A stretch of DNA of 39,305 nucleotides from a virus (IMGVR_UViG_2706794689_000009); one strand, 5' to 3'. Counted from the first letter of the stretch, positions 26,957 through 37,377 are shown. The notes: generated from the letters alone by a model not told the origin. Program-made: numbers and translations.

Positions 26957-28301
26957 CACGCCGGGGCGTGGCTCCTTTCGTGGCGTACCGTTCCTGGTTT
27001 ATCAGGAGCAGCGGGAACGGGGCGGACGTAACATTGTGCGCCGTGAATACCCACTGCGTGAAAGCGGCGGTGCGGATGATCTGGGGCCAAAACTCCCGGA
27101 GTTCACATTCACGGTTCTGGTGACCGGAGACGATCTTCAGACACAGCGAAGCCGCCTGCGTGATGCGCTGCGTGCACCCGGTGCCGGTGAACTGATGCAC
27201 CCGGATTACGGCACGTTAAACGTGCTGATAAACAGCTTTGAAAGCCGTTATAACGCCAGCGAGCAGGGAACGGTTGAGTTCACGATCAACGTGATCCCCG
27301 CCAGTGACGATACCGCCCCTGCGGTGGCAGAAGATACGGCAGCTGCGCTGGAGCAGAAAAGCGGCTCAGCAATGAATCAGCTGTTTAACACGCTTTCAGA
27401 CGGCTGGACGGTGATTTCAGACGGTCTGCATGATGTACAGGCCATGACCGACACCATCAGCGATAAGATTGATGCACTGGAGAATGCCGTTTCGGGGATG
27501 GGGATTGTGCAGGATATCAGTGCCTTTACGGCCAGTTTTACTGCCCTGAAAGGCAATGCCGCCGCCCTGATTAATGCGCCCCGTCGCATGGCTGAATCGC
27601 TGGCCGGAATGTTTGCCGTGCTGACCGGGCTGCCCGGCGATCCTTCCCTGTCTCTGACCGGAAAAGCCGGAACGCCGTCCGGCAGCCTGACCACAAACCG
27701 TGACAGCATGGCAGAGCAGGCCATGCCGCAGCTGTACCGCACACTTTCCTCCCTGCGTTACACCCTCAGCGAACAGGATGATCCACAGCGCCTGATTGGC
27801 CTGACGCCTGCGGCACAGAAAAATATCCGTCTGCTGCGGAGCGTGATGCAGAGTGCAACCCTGGTGTCGCAGGCACAGACGCTCGGAAAACTGCTGGATC
27901 AGGTCATCCGGCAGAATACGACGCACGTTCAGGATACTGACCGTTCGGGCGGACTGGCCTGGCTGGAAAGTTCTGCTGATGTGCAGCGTATCAACCGGGA
28001 TTTGAGCGATGCCATGGAACAACAGGTGCTGGATCTGTCCGCACAGGGCTATACCGGGACTGCCCTTGCATTACGTGATGCAGGGCTTGCGCTGACAGAA
28101 GATTTAACCACACGGAGCGTGCATCTTCCCGGTGCTTTTCAGGTCATGGTTCGCACCACCGAACCGGCACTGGTCACGCTGTACCGTGCCACCGGCAACA
28201 GCAGTCGCTGGCAGTATTTTGTCCGCAGAAACAATATCCCCGATCCGGTTTTTGTTCCGGGTGGCCGCAGCGTGGAGGTGATCAGTGAGCAGCAGGATTG
28301 A
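26943..28301 (+). CDS. DNA circularisation protein (Mu P-like)
   Basis: 452 aa. N-terminus GRGSFRGVPFLVYQEQRERGGRNIVRREYP matches the Mu gp43/P N-terminal domain. Confidence 0.8.
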   Translation: MASTDTPGRGSFRGVPFLVYQEQRERGGRNIVRREYPLRESGGADDLGPKLPEFTFTVLVTGDDLQTQRSRLRDALRAPGAGELMHPDYGTLNVLINSFESRYNASEQGTVEFTINVIPASDDTAPAVAEDTAAALEQKSGSAMNQLFNTLSDGWTVISDGLHDVQAMTDTISDKIDALENAVSGMGIVQDISAFTASFTALKGNAAALINAPRRMAESLAGMFAVLTGLPGDPSLSLTGKAGTPSGSLTTNRDSMAEQAMPQLYRTLSSLRYTLSEQDDPQRLIGLTPAAQKNIRLLRSVMQSATLVSQAQTLGKLLDQVIRQNTTHVQDTDRSGGLAWLESSADVQRINRDLSDAMEQQVLDLSAQGYTGTALALRDAGLALTEDLTTRSVHLPGAFQVMVRTTEPALVTLYRATGNSSRWQYFVRRNNIPDPVFVPGGRSVEVISEQQD

Positions 28302-29409
28302 ACTGTATATCGGTGGCAGTATTTTTTCCGGCTGGCTGACGGTCAGCGTCCGTCGCTCGCTGGAGCATCTGGCCGGGTCGTTTGAACTGGGGCTGATGCT
28401 GCCCGGTGAGCGCATCCCCTCAGCCCTGCGAACCGGTCAGTCCCTGACGCTCAGAATTAACGGGCAGACGGTCATCAGTGGCTGGCTGGATCAGGTCAGT
28501 CAGCGGATCAGTGCAACCCGTCATCAGATCAGCATCAGCGGTCGGGATAAAACCGGCGACCTGGTGGACTGTGCCGCCATCCATCCCGGCAGCCAGTGGC
28601 GCAACCGGACGCTGGCACAGATTGCCGCAGATTTATGTGCGCCCTTCGGGATAGCCGTGCGCTGGCAGGTTAACGACGACACGGCTGCACGCCCCTTCAG
28701 CTCTTTTACGCTGGAAAACTCAGAAACCGTGGCGGATGCGCTGACCCGTGCTGCCCGGCATCGCGGGGTGCTGGTGACCAGTAATGCTGACGGCGATCTG
28801 GTGTTCACCCAGGCAGGAAGCCAGCAGACGGACAGACTGGTGCTGGGAGATAACCTGCTTGATGCCGATTACAACACGGACTGGCGAGGACGATACAGCG
28901 AATACCGTGTCCGGGGACACGGGCGCGGTGGTGGCAAACGGGGAGACAGCGAATCCGCCGCCCGTCTGGCAGCACCTGTGGGCGTCATCAGTGATGAGCA
29001 GATCGGCCGCTACCGGTCGAAAATCATCCTCGCCGATCAACAGACAGACACCACCGGTGCACGGCAGCGTGCCCTGCGTGAAATGCGCCGTGCGATTGCC
29101 CGTTCAGAACGGTTTTCTGCCACCGTGCGTGGCTGGTTCCGGGATGATGGCCGGTTATGGGATGTCAATCTGCTGACCGGTGTTTCAGCCCTGCGTTTCG
29201 GTATAGAACAGACTGAACTGCTGGTCTGTCAGGTGGAGTTTTTACTTGATGAACATAACGGGGAAGTCACCCGGCTGGTACTGGCACCGCGTGACGGCTT
29301 TATCGTTCCGGCAGAGCCGGACAGTAAGGGCCGGGGTGGTTCCGGTGACGATGTTGATGCCTTTATTCGCCAGCAGATGAAAAAACAGGGGATCAGCTTT
29401 GATGAATGA
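28285..29409 (+). CDS. Baseplate hub protein (Mu Q/gp44-like, late control D-like)
   Basis: 374 aa (GTG start) after P; conserved order P-Q-V-W-J. Confidence 0.75.
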   Translation: MSSRIELYIGGSIFSGWLTVSVRRSLEHLAGSFELGLMLPGERIPSALRTGQSLTLRINGQTVISGWLDQVSQRISATRHQISISGRDKTGDLVDCAAIHPGSQWRNRTLAQIAADLCAPFGIAVRWQVNDDTAARPFSSFTLENSETVADALTRAARHRGVLVTSNADGDLVFTQAGSQQTDRLVLGDNLLDADYNTDWRGRYSEYRVRGHGRGGGKRGDSESAARLAAPVGVISDEQIGRYRSKIILADQQTDTTGARQRALREMRRAIARSERFSATVRGWFRDDGRLWDVNLLTGVSALRFGIEQTELLVCQVEFLLDEHNGEVTRLVLAPRDGFIVPAEPDSKGRGGSGDDVDAFIRQQMKKQGISFDE

Positions 29410-30013
29410 TGAAGTGTTCAGCCGCCTGATTGCCCCGGTAACGCGCGGTATTCGCCTGTTGTTTGGCCGGGGCGTTCTGACCGGCACACATGACGAACTG
29501 AAAATGCAGAATGTGCAGCTCACCGGCATGGACGGCGAAACCTTTGATGATGTGGAGCGTCCCCAGCAGTACGGGCAGATCAGCGTTCCCCTGCCGGGTG
29601 CGGAAACCTTTTTTGCCTGTCTGGGCGGACAGCGGGATCAGACTGTGGTGCTTGTGGTGGAAGACCGGCGCAGCCGCCCGACCGGACTCACAGCCGGAGA
29701 TACGGGGGTGTATCACCATGAGGGGCACCGGATACGGTTAACAAAGGATGGTCGCATTATTGTGACATGCAAAATGCTGGAGATTTACGCCGATGAGGGG
29801 ATGCGGGTGGATACGCCGGAGGCCACCTTTACGGGCAATGTGACGGTGGATAAAAACCTGCATGTTAAGGGTAATTTCGTGCTTGATGGTACAGGTAAAT
29901 CAGACGGGCTGTTCACGATGTCTGATGCCGTTATTGCCGGGATCACCTATTCCGGCCATGTGCATCAGGATAACGGCAAAGGCAGTAAGACAGGAGCGCC
30001 GGAGAATGGCTGA
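29402..30013 (+). CDS. Baseplate spike protein (gpV-like)
   Basis: About 203 aa; ATG 29402 overlaps the upstream stop. Position matches Mu gp45. Confidence 0.7.
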   Translation: MNDEVFSRLIAPVTRGIRLLFGRGVLTGTHDELKMQNVQLTGMDGETFDDVERPQQYGQISVPLPGAETFFACLGGQRDQTVVLVVEDRRSRPTGLTAGDTGVYHHEGHRIRLTKDGRIIVTCKMLEIYADEGMRVDTPEATFTGNVTVDKNLHVKGNFVLDGTGKSDGLFTMSDAVIAGITYSGHVHQDNGKGSKTGAPENG

Positions 30014-30443
30014 TATTGCAATTGTATGGGATCAGGGGTGCGGTTCGCTGCAACTGAACGGTGCCGACTTGCTGACGGATGACAGTCTGCTGACGGCCGT
30101 TCTGATTTCGCTGTTTACTGACCGCCGGGCGCTGGCATCGGATGAAATCCCTGACGGTACGCGCGACCGCCGGGGATGGTGGGGAGACAGTTTTCGCCCG
30201 CGCCCCATTGGCTCCCGTCTGTGGCTTCTCAGCCGGGAAAAAACGCTGGCCTCGGTGATAAGCCGTGCCCGTGCTTACGCGGATGAGGCGCTGGGCTGGC
30301 TCAGTCAGGATGGCGTGGCGTCATCCGTGGTCTGTCATGCAGAACGTGTGGGACACGCGCGGCTGGCGCTTTCGGTGCGCATAACCCTGCCTGATGGTTC
30401 AGTGAGGCCCATGATTTTTTATGCTGATCTTAAGGGGGAGTAA
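30006..30443 (+). CDS. Baseplate protein (gpW/gp25-like, Mu gp46 position)
   Basis: Internal ATG 30006 gives a 145-aa protein beginning MADIAIVWDQGCGSLQLNGADLLTDDSLLTAVLISLFTDRRA, as in gpW-like proteins. Confidence 0.7.
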   Translation: MADIAIVWDQGCGSLQLNGADLLTDDSLLTAVLISLFTDRRALASDEIPDGTRDRRGWWGDSFRPRPIGSRLWLLSREKTLASVISRARAYADEALGWLSQDGVASSVVCHAERVGHARLALSVRITLPDGSVRPMIFYADLKGE

Positions 30444-31525
30444 TGCCTTATCAGCCTTTACCGCTGGCACAGTTAATCACGCAGACACAGCAGGATATCA
30501 GCCAGCGCCTGCCCGGCTCGCAGCCGGGTGTGAATGAAACCACCCTGAATGCCATTGCTTACGCTCAGGCAGGGTTATCTGCTCAGGAGCATGAGCATCT
30601 GGCCTGGATTGCGCGTCAGATCATCCCGACCGAAGCCGATGAAGCCGAACTGCTGAAACACTGTGCATTCTGGGGCGTCATGCGTAAGCCTGCCTCTCGG
30701 GGGGACGGGCCGGTTCAGCTGATGCTGACCACGGATGCGGGGATCAAGGAAGGTGTGCTTCTCCAGCGAAGTGATGGCGTGGTTTACCGTATCACCACCT
30801 CCCTGACCGGTAAGGCCGGTACGCTGAATGTCAGTGTGGAAGCCGAAAGTGCCGGTCGTGCGGGGAATGCCCCGGCAGGGACAAAACTGACATTTATCAC
30901 ACCGCAGGCGGGGATCAACCAGACGGCCACGGTGACCGGAACGGGGATCACCGGTGGTGCGGATGTGGAAACCGTGCCGGAGCTGCTTTCCCGTCTGGTT
31001 TTCCGGGTGCAGAATCCACCGTCCGGCGGCACGCAGTATGATTTTGAACGCTGGGCGCGTGAAGTGCCGGGCGTGACGCGGGCATGGTGCCGCCCGGAAT
31101 GGCCGCAGGCGGGCAGCGTGGGGGTAACGTTTGTTCAGGATAATAACCCGGATATTTTCCCCGGTGACGGTGATGTTCAGCGGGTGGCGGATTATATCCG
31201 CAGTCATGATGATCCGGCGACCGGCCAGCCTGTCGGACAGCCTCTGGGGCCGACGGTGACCGTGTTTAAACTGACCAATAAGCCGGTGCCCTTCAGCATC
31301 AGGATCATCCCGAAAACACCGGAGAATCAGGCGGCCGTAAAACAGGCGCTGACCGACCTGTTGTATAACGAATCCCGGCCCGGCGGTCTGGTTCTGCCGT
31401 CGTCTTTCTGGCGGGCGGTGGCAGGGGTGAAAAATCTGGAGGATTTTGAAGTGCGCAGTCCGCTGACGTCAGTTCAGGCGGGAGACAGTGAGCTGCTGAC
31501 GGTAGGAGAAATCACATGGCTGTAA
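30443..31525 (+). CDS. Baseplate J-like protein (Mu gp47 position)
   Basis: 360 aa, coupled to neighbours; position matches baseplate J. Confidence 0.8.
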   Translation: MPYQPLPLAQLITQTQQDISQRLPGSQPGVNETTLNAIAYAQAGLSAQEHEHLAWIARQIIPTEADEAELLKHCAFWGVMRKPASRGDGPVQLMLTTDAGIKEGVLLQRSDGVVYRITTSLTGKAGTLNVSVEAESAGRAGNAPAGTKLTFITPQAGINQTATVTGTGITGGADVETVPELLSRLVFRVQNPPSGGTQYDFERWAREVPGVTRAWCRPEWPQAGSVGVTFVQDNNPDIFPGDGDVQRVADYIRSHDDPATGQPVGQPLGPTVTVFKLTNKPVPFSIRIIPKTPENQAAVKQALTDLLYNESRPGGLVLPSSFWRAVAGVKNLEDFEVRSPLTSVQAGDSELLTVGEITWL

Positions 31526-32076
31526 CCCTGACCCCGCATCAGCGCGCCCTGTTGCAGTTACTGCCTGACGGGCTGGCATGGGACAAGCGTCCGTCATCCG
31601 TACTGGCATCATTATGTCTGGGCCTCAGTCATTCGACAGCGCGTGTATCCTGGACGGGTAAACAGCTGCTTGCCGAGCGTTTCCCTGACACGTCGCGCCT
31701 GCTGCTGGAAGACTGGGAGCGTTATCTCGGGCTTCCCGAGTGTGATATGGCCGGAGCCACCCTCACGGAGCGACAGCGTTATGCCGGAAATAAATACCGG
31801 ATGAAGCCCTCGCTGAACCGTGAATTTTATATCCGGTTTGCGGCGGAGTTTGGTTATCAGATTGACATTCAGCCCTCACCGGATTCGCAGTGGGTCAGTA
31901 TTGTCACGATTAACAGTGAAACCGGCTACCGGAATATGAATGTGCTGGATGATATTCTCACGCCGCTGCGTATTTATGAAGGCGGTGCGCTGGAATGTAT
32001 TCTGAACCGTTATAAGCCTGCATGGCAGACGTTTATTTACGTTTATGCAAACAGCCATGAAGAGGAGACTATTTAA
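31516..32076 (+). CDS. Tail protein (Mu gp48 position)
   Basis: 186 aa between the J-like gene and the fibre gene. Confidence 0.7.
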   Translation: MAVTLTPHQRALLQLLPDGLAWDKRPSSVLASLCLGLSHSTARVSWTGKQLLAERFPDTSRLLLEDWERYLGLPECDMAGATLTERQRYAGNKYRMKPSLNREFYIRFAAEFGYQIDIQPSPDSQWVSIVTINSETGYRNMNVLDDILTPLRIYEGGALECILNRYKPAWQTFIYVYANSHEEETI

Positions 32077-32957
32077 TGTTTCATGTTGATAATAATTCCG
32101 GCGTGGCGAATATGCCTGCGCTGGCACCGGCGCAGAGTAATACCACCACCTGGTTTACCGAAGGTGACGGACAAAAAGGTATCAGCTGGATTGGTCAGGA
32201 CTGGCTGAATATTCTCCAGGCCGAACTGCTGAATATTCTGGCTGAAGCCAGTATTCAGCCGGATAAGGCGCAGTTAAACCAGCTTACGCTGTCCATTAAA
32301 GCCATTATCGCTGCGAATGCCTTTTCCCGGAAAAATAACCTGAAAGAAATTGCTGATGCCGGTGCGGAGGCCCAGCGTCTGGCCCGTGGTTATCTTGGTC
32401 TGGGGACGCTTGCCACAAAAAACAGTCTTGGTCCCGCTGACGTTAATGCCCTGGCGAAGGATCAGAATCTCGCCGACCTGGAGAATAAGGGAACCGCCCG
32501 TAATAATCTGGATGTTTACAGCAAAAGCGAAGGTGATAACCGTTACCTGCGCAGGGAGCAGAACGGCGCAGACATTCCGGATAAAGGGGCTTTTATCGAT
32601 AACGTCGGTTTACGGGAAACGGTAAACAGGGCGGCGAATGCCCTGCCATCGGACGGCACCGCCGTTGCCGCGAACAGGCTGGCAAATGCCCACACAATTA
32701 ATGGTGTTCCCTTTGACGGGACGCAGGATATCACTATCTCATCAGGAACAGTAACCGCCATAAGACTGGGGTCGGTGACCGCACATATGCCCGGAACATG
32801 GGAAAGCTGGGATCTGAATCTGGGGGGCGGCAATGTTCTTACCGGAATTAAAGTACAGGATGTCGGTAAGAATACGGCAGATAACGTCGGCGGCGTGTAT
32901 TACCGGCCGTTGCAGTATCTGTTAAATGGAGCATGGGTGACGGCTGCAAGTATATAA
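32076..32957 (+). CDS. Tail fibre protein S: constant part up to about 32698, then current-orientation variable C-terminus
   Basis: 293 aa. The crossover motif [12 protein letters not shown] at residues 208-218 coincides with a 30-bp inverted repeat. Confidence 0.75.
   Translation: MFHVDNNSGVANMPALAPAQSNTTTWFTEGDGQKGISWIGQDWLNILQAELLNILAEASIQPDKAQLNQLTLSIKAIIAANAFSRKNNLKEIADAGAEAQRLARGYLGLGTLATKNSLGPADVNALAKDQNLADLENKGTARNNLDVYSKSEGDNRYLRREQNGADIPDKGAFIDNVGLRETVNRAANALPSDGTAVAANRLANAHTINGVPFDGTQDITISSGTVTAIRLGSVTAHMPGTWESWDLNLGGGNVLTGIKVQDVGKNTADNVGGVYYRPLQYLLNGAWVTAASI
32699..32728 (+). repeat. gix-like inversion crossover site, left copy
   Basis: TAATGGTGTTCCCTTTGACGGGACGCAGGA; its reverse complement occurs at 33811-33840 with one mismatch. 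Confidence 0.65.
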
Positions 32958-32988
32958 TGATATTCAGAAGGCCTTCCGGCCTTCTTTA

Positions 32989-33471
32989 TTACTGTGGCTG
33001 CTCAGGCCATTTAATGGCGTTAAATTCAGCTTCTGTTTTAATGGCGGGTAGTTCCATTTTCTTCACCTGACTGATGTATGCCATCCATTGGGTAAGTGCT
33101 GCTCTGTCTTCATCGCTGATGGTGCCCAGTTGTAGCTCCGTTCTCCAGTCATTAATTTTTTCATATGCCTGATTAAGATATGACTGGCGCATTGCTTCCA
33201 GTTTTCTTGCGTAGTTAACCGGAATACGGGAGATTATGCCATTATCAAACTTCCAGTTTCCTGAAATATCCGTGCCTTCAGGGAGTTCATCGACCTCAAC
33301 CACAGAAAACCCCGCAGGATACAGCGCCGAGGCGTCCTGTGATATTGAGCAGATAACGCCGCTGTCAGGTGTTATGCAAAGTTTATATTTTTTGGTGAAT
33401 AATGGCAGGGATTCGTAGAAATCCTTACCATCTTCACTCTGGAAATACTGAACATTATTACCATATGGCAT
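32989..33471 (-). CDS. Tail fibre assembly protein (U'-like), inside the invertible segment
   Basis: 160 aa, minus strand. The conserved C-terminal motif ISDEDRAALTQWMAYISQVKKMELPAI...KWPEQPQ is typical of tail fibre assembly chaperones. Confidence 0.75.
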   Translation of the reverse strand: MPYGNNVQYFQSEDGKDFYESLPLFTKKYKLCITPDSGVICSISQDASALYPAGFSVVEVDELPEGTDISGNWKFDNGIISRIPVNYARKLEAMRQSYLNQAYEKINDWRTELQLGTISDEDRAALTQWMAYISQVKKMELPAIKTEAEFNAIKWPEQPQ

Positions 33472-33736
33472 ATNNNNNNNNNNNNNNNNNNNNNNNNNNN
33501 NNNNNNNNNNNNNNNNNNNNNNNNNNNNNNNNNNNNNNNNNNNNNNNNNNNNNNNNNNNNNNNNNNNNNNNNNNNNNNNNNNNNNNNNNNNNNNNNNNNN
33601 NNNNNNNNNNNNNNNNNNNNNNNNNNNNNNNNNNNNNNNNNNNNNNNNNNNNNNNNNNNNNNNNNNNNNNNNNNNNNNNNNNNNNNNNNNNNNNNNNNNN
33701 NNNNNNNNNNNNNNNNNNNNNNNNNNNNNNNNNNNN

Positions 33737-33840
33737 CTGCTCCCAGCCTGATATCCTGGATATATCGGGAATCCGCATCCTGCTGTGTTATACCAGAAGT
33801 GATGTTTATGTCCTGCGTCCCGTCAAAGGGAACCCCATTA
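33737..33840 (-). CDS. Alternative tail fibre variable segment (Sv'-like), fragment visible between N-masks
   Basis: Minus-strand translation [34 protein letters not shown] starts at the right crossover repeat and shares [11 protein letters not shown] with S. Confidence 0.5.
33811..33840 (-). repeat. gix-like inversion crossover site, right copy (may extend into the N-mask)
   Basis: Reverse complement of 32699-32728 with one mismatch. Confidence 0.65.
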
Positions 33841-34090
33841 NNNNNNNNNNNNNNNNNNNNNNNNNNNNNNNNNNNNNNNNNNNNNNNNNNNNNNNNNNNN
33901 NNNNNNNNNNNNNNNNNNNNNNNNNNNNNNNNNNNNNNNNNNNNNNNNNNNNNNNNNNNNNNNNNNNNNNNNNNNNNNNNNNNNNNNNNNNNNNNNNNNN
34001 NNNNNNNNNNNNNNNNNNNNNNNNNNNNNNNNNNNNNNNNNNNNNNNNNNNNNNNNNNNNNNNNNNNNNNNNNNNNNNNNNNNNNNNNNN

Positions 34091-34620
34091 CGGCGCTACA
34101 AAGAAATGCGCTGGAATGTGCAGGATGTGAGCTGTTTTTCGAAGACAGAATAAGCGGTAAGACAAGGGAGCGTCCCGGACTTAAACGCGCATTAAAGCGA
34201 CTCCGGCCAGGGGATACCCTGCTGGTCTGGAAACTGGATCGCCTTGGACGCAGTATGCAGCACCTTGTCCTTTTAACAGAAGAACTCCGGCAACGCGGCG
34301 TTAACTTCCGCAGCATTACGGACAATATTGATACATCCACTCCCATGGGACGTTTCTTTTTCCATATAATGGGCGCGCTGGCGGAAATGGAGCGGGAACT
34401 CATTATTGAACGTACACGCGCGGGTCTTGCTGCTGCCCGTGCTCAGGGGCGTCATGGCGGCAGACCTCAGAAACTGACAGAGAAAGAGCGGGAGCAAATC
34501 GCCCGTTTGCTGGCTAATGGCGAGTCCCGTAAACAAATCGCACTGATATTTGATATTGGCCTTTCCACCCTTTATCGTTATTTTCCTGCCTCACCAGCTC
34601 CGTCACCAAAAGTACCGTGA
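34091..34620 (+). CDS. gin: Serine recombinase DNA invertase (Gin/Hin/Cin/Pin family); 5' end inside N-mask
   Basis: Visible translation LQRNALECAGCE...DRPGLKRALKRL..GDTLLVWKLDRLGRSM.HL...ELRQRGVNFRSITDNIDTSTPMGRFFFHIMGALAEMERELIIERT..GLAAARAQGR.GGRP is near co-linear with Mu Gin. The catalytic serine region is masked. Confidence 0.9.
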
Positions 34621-34705
34621 CGCTTTTTTGAATTTCCGCAAAACACATATTTTTCAGCGGTCGCTATTCTGACTCTGTTTAATTCAGAAACAGGCAGAAA
34701 AGACG

Positions 34706-36760
34706 ATGTCAGACTCCAAGTGGAAAATGCTCTCCGCCATGCCCGGAGAGTTTTCAGTCAAGGTTGCCGGTGGCACGGTGGCATTTATTGAAAGCCCTTT
34801 CCGCCCTTCGGGTAATAAAGGGGGGATCACCTTCGCAGACTGCGTGATCCGCTTCAGCACGAAAGAGCCATTATGGGTAATGCCGGTATCCGGTAATCCC
34901 AGTGCAGAAATCACCAGTTCAGGCGTGACTGGCATCATTCCAATCACATCTGACGTGGCCGGAACGCTCACGCCCTCCGACTGGAATGCACCGGATAACG
35001 CCGGGCCTTCCGGTAGCACGAATGGCAGCAGTTCAGAGCCGGAATATTACTTTGTTGTCATTCTCGCGGGTCAGTCAAATGGCATGGCCTACGGCGAGGG
35101 GCTGCCGTTACCGGATTCGTTTGACCGCCCGGACCCACGCATTAAGCAACTGGCACGCCGCAGTACGGTAACGCCCAACGGTACGTCGTGTACATACAAC
35201 GACATCATTCCGGCAGACCACTGCCTGCATGATGTTCAGGATATGAGCGGGATAAACCACCCGAAAGCTGATCTGGCAAAAGGCCAGTACGGGACTGTCG
35301 GTCAGGGGTTGCATATTGCCAAAAAACTGCTTCCCTATATCCCACAGAATGCCGGGATACTTCTGGTGCCCTGTTGTCGTGGCGGGTCAGCATTCACCAC
35401 TGGAGCCGACGGCTCATTCAGTGAGGCCAGCGGTGCTTCCGCTGATTCTTCACGCTGGGGGGCCGGTAAACCTCTGTATCAGGACCTGGTAAGCCGCACC
35501 AAAGTCGCGCTGGCGAAAAACCCGAAAAACAAACTTCTGGCTGTGGTCTGGATGCAGGGAGAGGCAGACCTTGCCTCAGGAAGCCAGCAGCATAATAGTT
35601 TATTCACGGCCATGGTTCAGCAGTTCAGAACTGACCTGGCTCCGCTTGCTGCGCAGTGCGTGAGTGGAAATGCCACCACGGTGCCGTGGATTTGCGGTGA
35701 TACCACGTATTACTGGAAAAACGCTGGCACCGATAAATATGAGGCAGTATACGGTGGCTACAAAGGCAAGGAAGCACAGAAAATTTTCTTTGTACCGTTC
35801 CTGACGGATGAGAATGGACAGAGCACGCCAACGAATGCTCCGGCGGAAGACCCGGATATTGTGGCTGTCGGGTATTACGGTGCAGCATCCCGAACCCAGG
35901 GCAGTTTTGTTTCGACACAGCGTGACAGCCATTTCAGCTCATGGGCACGCAGGGGCGTCATTTCAGACCGTCTGGCCTCAGCTATTATGCTCCATGCAGG
36001 GCGCACGGCTGAACTGATGCGTGGGCAGACCGTGACACCACCGGATGAGAAGCCGTCACCTGATACACCATCAAAACCGTCCACGCCACCCGCAGACACC
36101 ACGACGATGAGTACGCTATTTGCTTACCGGGCATCTGAGTCTGAAGGACGGTTGACACCACAGGGTTGGGCTGCCGGAGGTGGCAAGGCTCAAATCGTGG
36201 ATGATGCCGGAGCCAGCGGGGGTAAGGCAATGAAACTGACCAAGGAAACAGGAAGAGCCCCCTGGTACCTTGAGCATGATGCTGGTAATGGTGCGGACCT
36301 GCTGGGTAAAGGTGGTCTTGTCAGTTGTCGTTTTAAACTCGATGGCGCGCTTACGGCTAATCAGTACGCACTGGCGCTGTACTGGCCGGTTTCTGCCCTG
36401 CCGCAAGGGGTTACTCTGGAAGGAAATGCCGGTCATAACCTGCTGGCATCGTTCTACGTACAGAGCGATGCCACAGACCTTAACGTGATGTATCACAAAG
36501 GAAACACGGCGCAGAACACGAAGCTGGGGTCATTCGGCGCATTTAATAACGAATGGCATACGCTGGGCTTCCGTTTTGCCGGTAACAACAGTATTGAGGT
36601 GACGCCGGTCATTGATGGTAAGGACGGGACACCATTCATGCTGTCGCAGTCTCCGGTCGGCACGTTTACGGCAGACAAGTTGCGCGTGACCGATATCACT
36701 AAAAATGCGACTTACCCGGTACTGATTGACAGTATCGTGGTGGAAGTGAATAACGCGTAA
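34706..36760 (+). CDS. Putative SGNH/SASA-family esterase (sialate O-acetylesterase-like) with Pro/Thr/Ser linker and C-terminal beta-rich domain
   Basis: 684 aa. Motif VVILAGQSNGMAYGEG (GQSN block of the SASA/SGNH fold), linker PPDEKPSPDTPSKPSTPPADTTT, then a roughly 220-aa C-terminal domain. Not part of the Mu backbone. Confidence 0.55.
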   Translation: MSDSKWKMLSAMPGEFSVKVAGGTVAFIESPFRPSGNKGGITFADCVIRFSTKEPLWVMPVSGNPSAEITSSGVTGIIPITSDVAGTLTPSDWNAPDNAGPSGSTNGSSSEPEYYFVVILAGQSNGMAYGEGLPLPDSFDRPDPRIKQLARRSTVTPNGTSCTYNDIIPADHCLHDVQDMSGINHPKADLAKGQYGTVGQGLHIAKKLLPYIPQNAGILLVPCCRGGSAFTTGADGSFSEASGASADSSRWGAGKPLYQDLVSRTKVALAKNPKNKLLAVVWMQGEADLASGSQQHNSLFTAMVQQFRTDLAPLAAQCVSGNATTVPWICGDTTYYWKNAGTDKYEAVYGGYKGKEAQKIFFVPFLTDENGQSTPTNAPAEDPDIVAVGYYGAASRTQGSFVSTQRDSHFSSWARRGVISDRLASAIMLHAGRTAELMRGQTVTPPDEKPSPDTPSKPSTPPADTTTMSTLFAYRASESEGRLTPQGWAAGGGKAQIVDDAGASGGKAMKLTKETGRAPWYLEHDAGNGADLLGKGGLVSCRFKLDGALTANQYALALYWPVSALPQGVTLEGNAGHNLLASFYVQSDATDLNVMYHKGNTAQNTKLGSFGAFNNEWHTLGFRFAGNNSIEVTPVIDGKDGTPFMLSQSPVGTFTADKLRVTDITKNATYPVLIDSIVVEVNNA

Positions 36761-36776
36761 GCAGGATAAAAAAATG

Positions 36777-36809
36777 CCGCCGGTAAGGGAAAACAAGAAA
36801 CCGGCGGCA
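36777..36809. terminator. GC-rich hairpin GCCGCCGG-(17 nt)-CCGGCGGC flanked by an A-run on plus and a T-run on minus
   Basis: 8-bp perfect stem immediately after the esterase stop. A U-tract follows only in minus orientation, so it is probably a minus-strand or bidirectional terminator. Confidence 0.4.
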
Positions 36810-36904
36810 AAAAGATCGTTATATCCAAAGCAAAAAATGCAGTGCACCTTTTTACCTAACAGATATTACCGGTGTCAACACCATGTCAATAATTGGGAGG
36901 GATA

Positions 36905-37087
36905 ATGACATTTTTACAGCTTATTTTATTGTATTTCTGCACGGCAGTATGTGCGTTATATCTGGTGAGTGGTGGTTATAAGGCCATCAGAAATTATGTT
37001 CGCCGCAAAATTGAGGACGCAGCAGCTGAAAAACTCAGTAAAACAGCGCAGGTAACTCCGCTCCCAAAAGACCCGACCCAGCCCTGA
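36905..37087 (+). CDS. Small single-pass membrane protein (about 60 aa)
   Basis: GGGAGGG ribosome-binding site then ATG. TM helix FLQLILLYFCTAVCALYLV followed by a basic tail. Confidence 0.4.
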   Translation: MTFLQLILLYFCTAVCALYLVSGGYKAIRNYVRRKIEDAAAEKLSKTAQVTPLPKDPTQP

Positions 37088-37122
37088 TTGCAGGGCTTTA
37101 TTCCCGCATAAGGAGGATATAC

Positions 37123-37377
37123 ATGCCAGAAATTAAAGGCACCGTCACTGAAGACCTGGTAAAACAGGCACTGTATTCCGGTGAAGTAAATAAGTTGCTG
37201 AAAGCGCAGGTCCGCAAGGATTTTGAGGCACAAATCGACACTTACGTTGATGAAGTGCTGGCAAAACTTATTGGGCCAGCAGTTGCGGCCAGTGATGCTG
37301 ATAATGAGCCGAAAACCGACGCGCAGCCAGAGCAACCAGACCCGGCTCAGCCCGGAACTGACAGTACCATGATGTAA
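37123..37377 (+). CDS. Small acidic protein (84 aa)
   Basis: Near-consensus TAAGGAGGA Shine-Dalgarno 7 nt before the ATG. Helical N-terminus, acidic Pro-rich tail. Confidence 0.45.
   Translation: MPEIKGTVTEDLVKQALYSGEVNKLLKAQVRKDFEAQIDTYVDEVLAKLIGPAVAASDADNEPKTDAQPEQPDPAQPGTDSTMM

Noticed and set aside
26275-27200. Long minus-strand ORFs (150-265 aa) antisense to the tape-measure gene
   Set aside because: Pro/Arg/Ala-rich low-complexity translations antisense to a well-supported structural gene. Artefact of GC-rich repetitive coding sequence.
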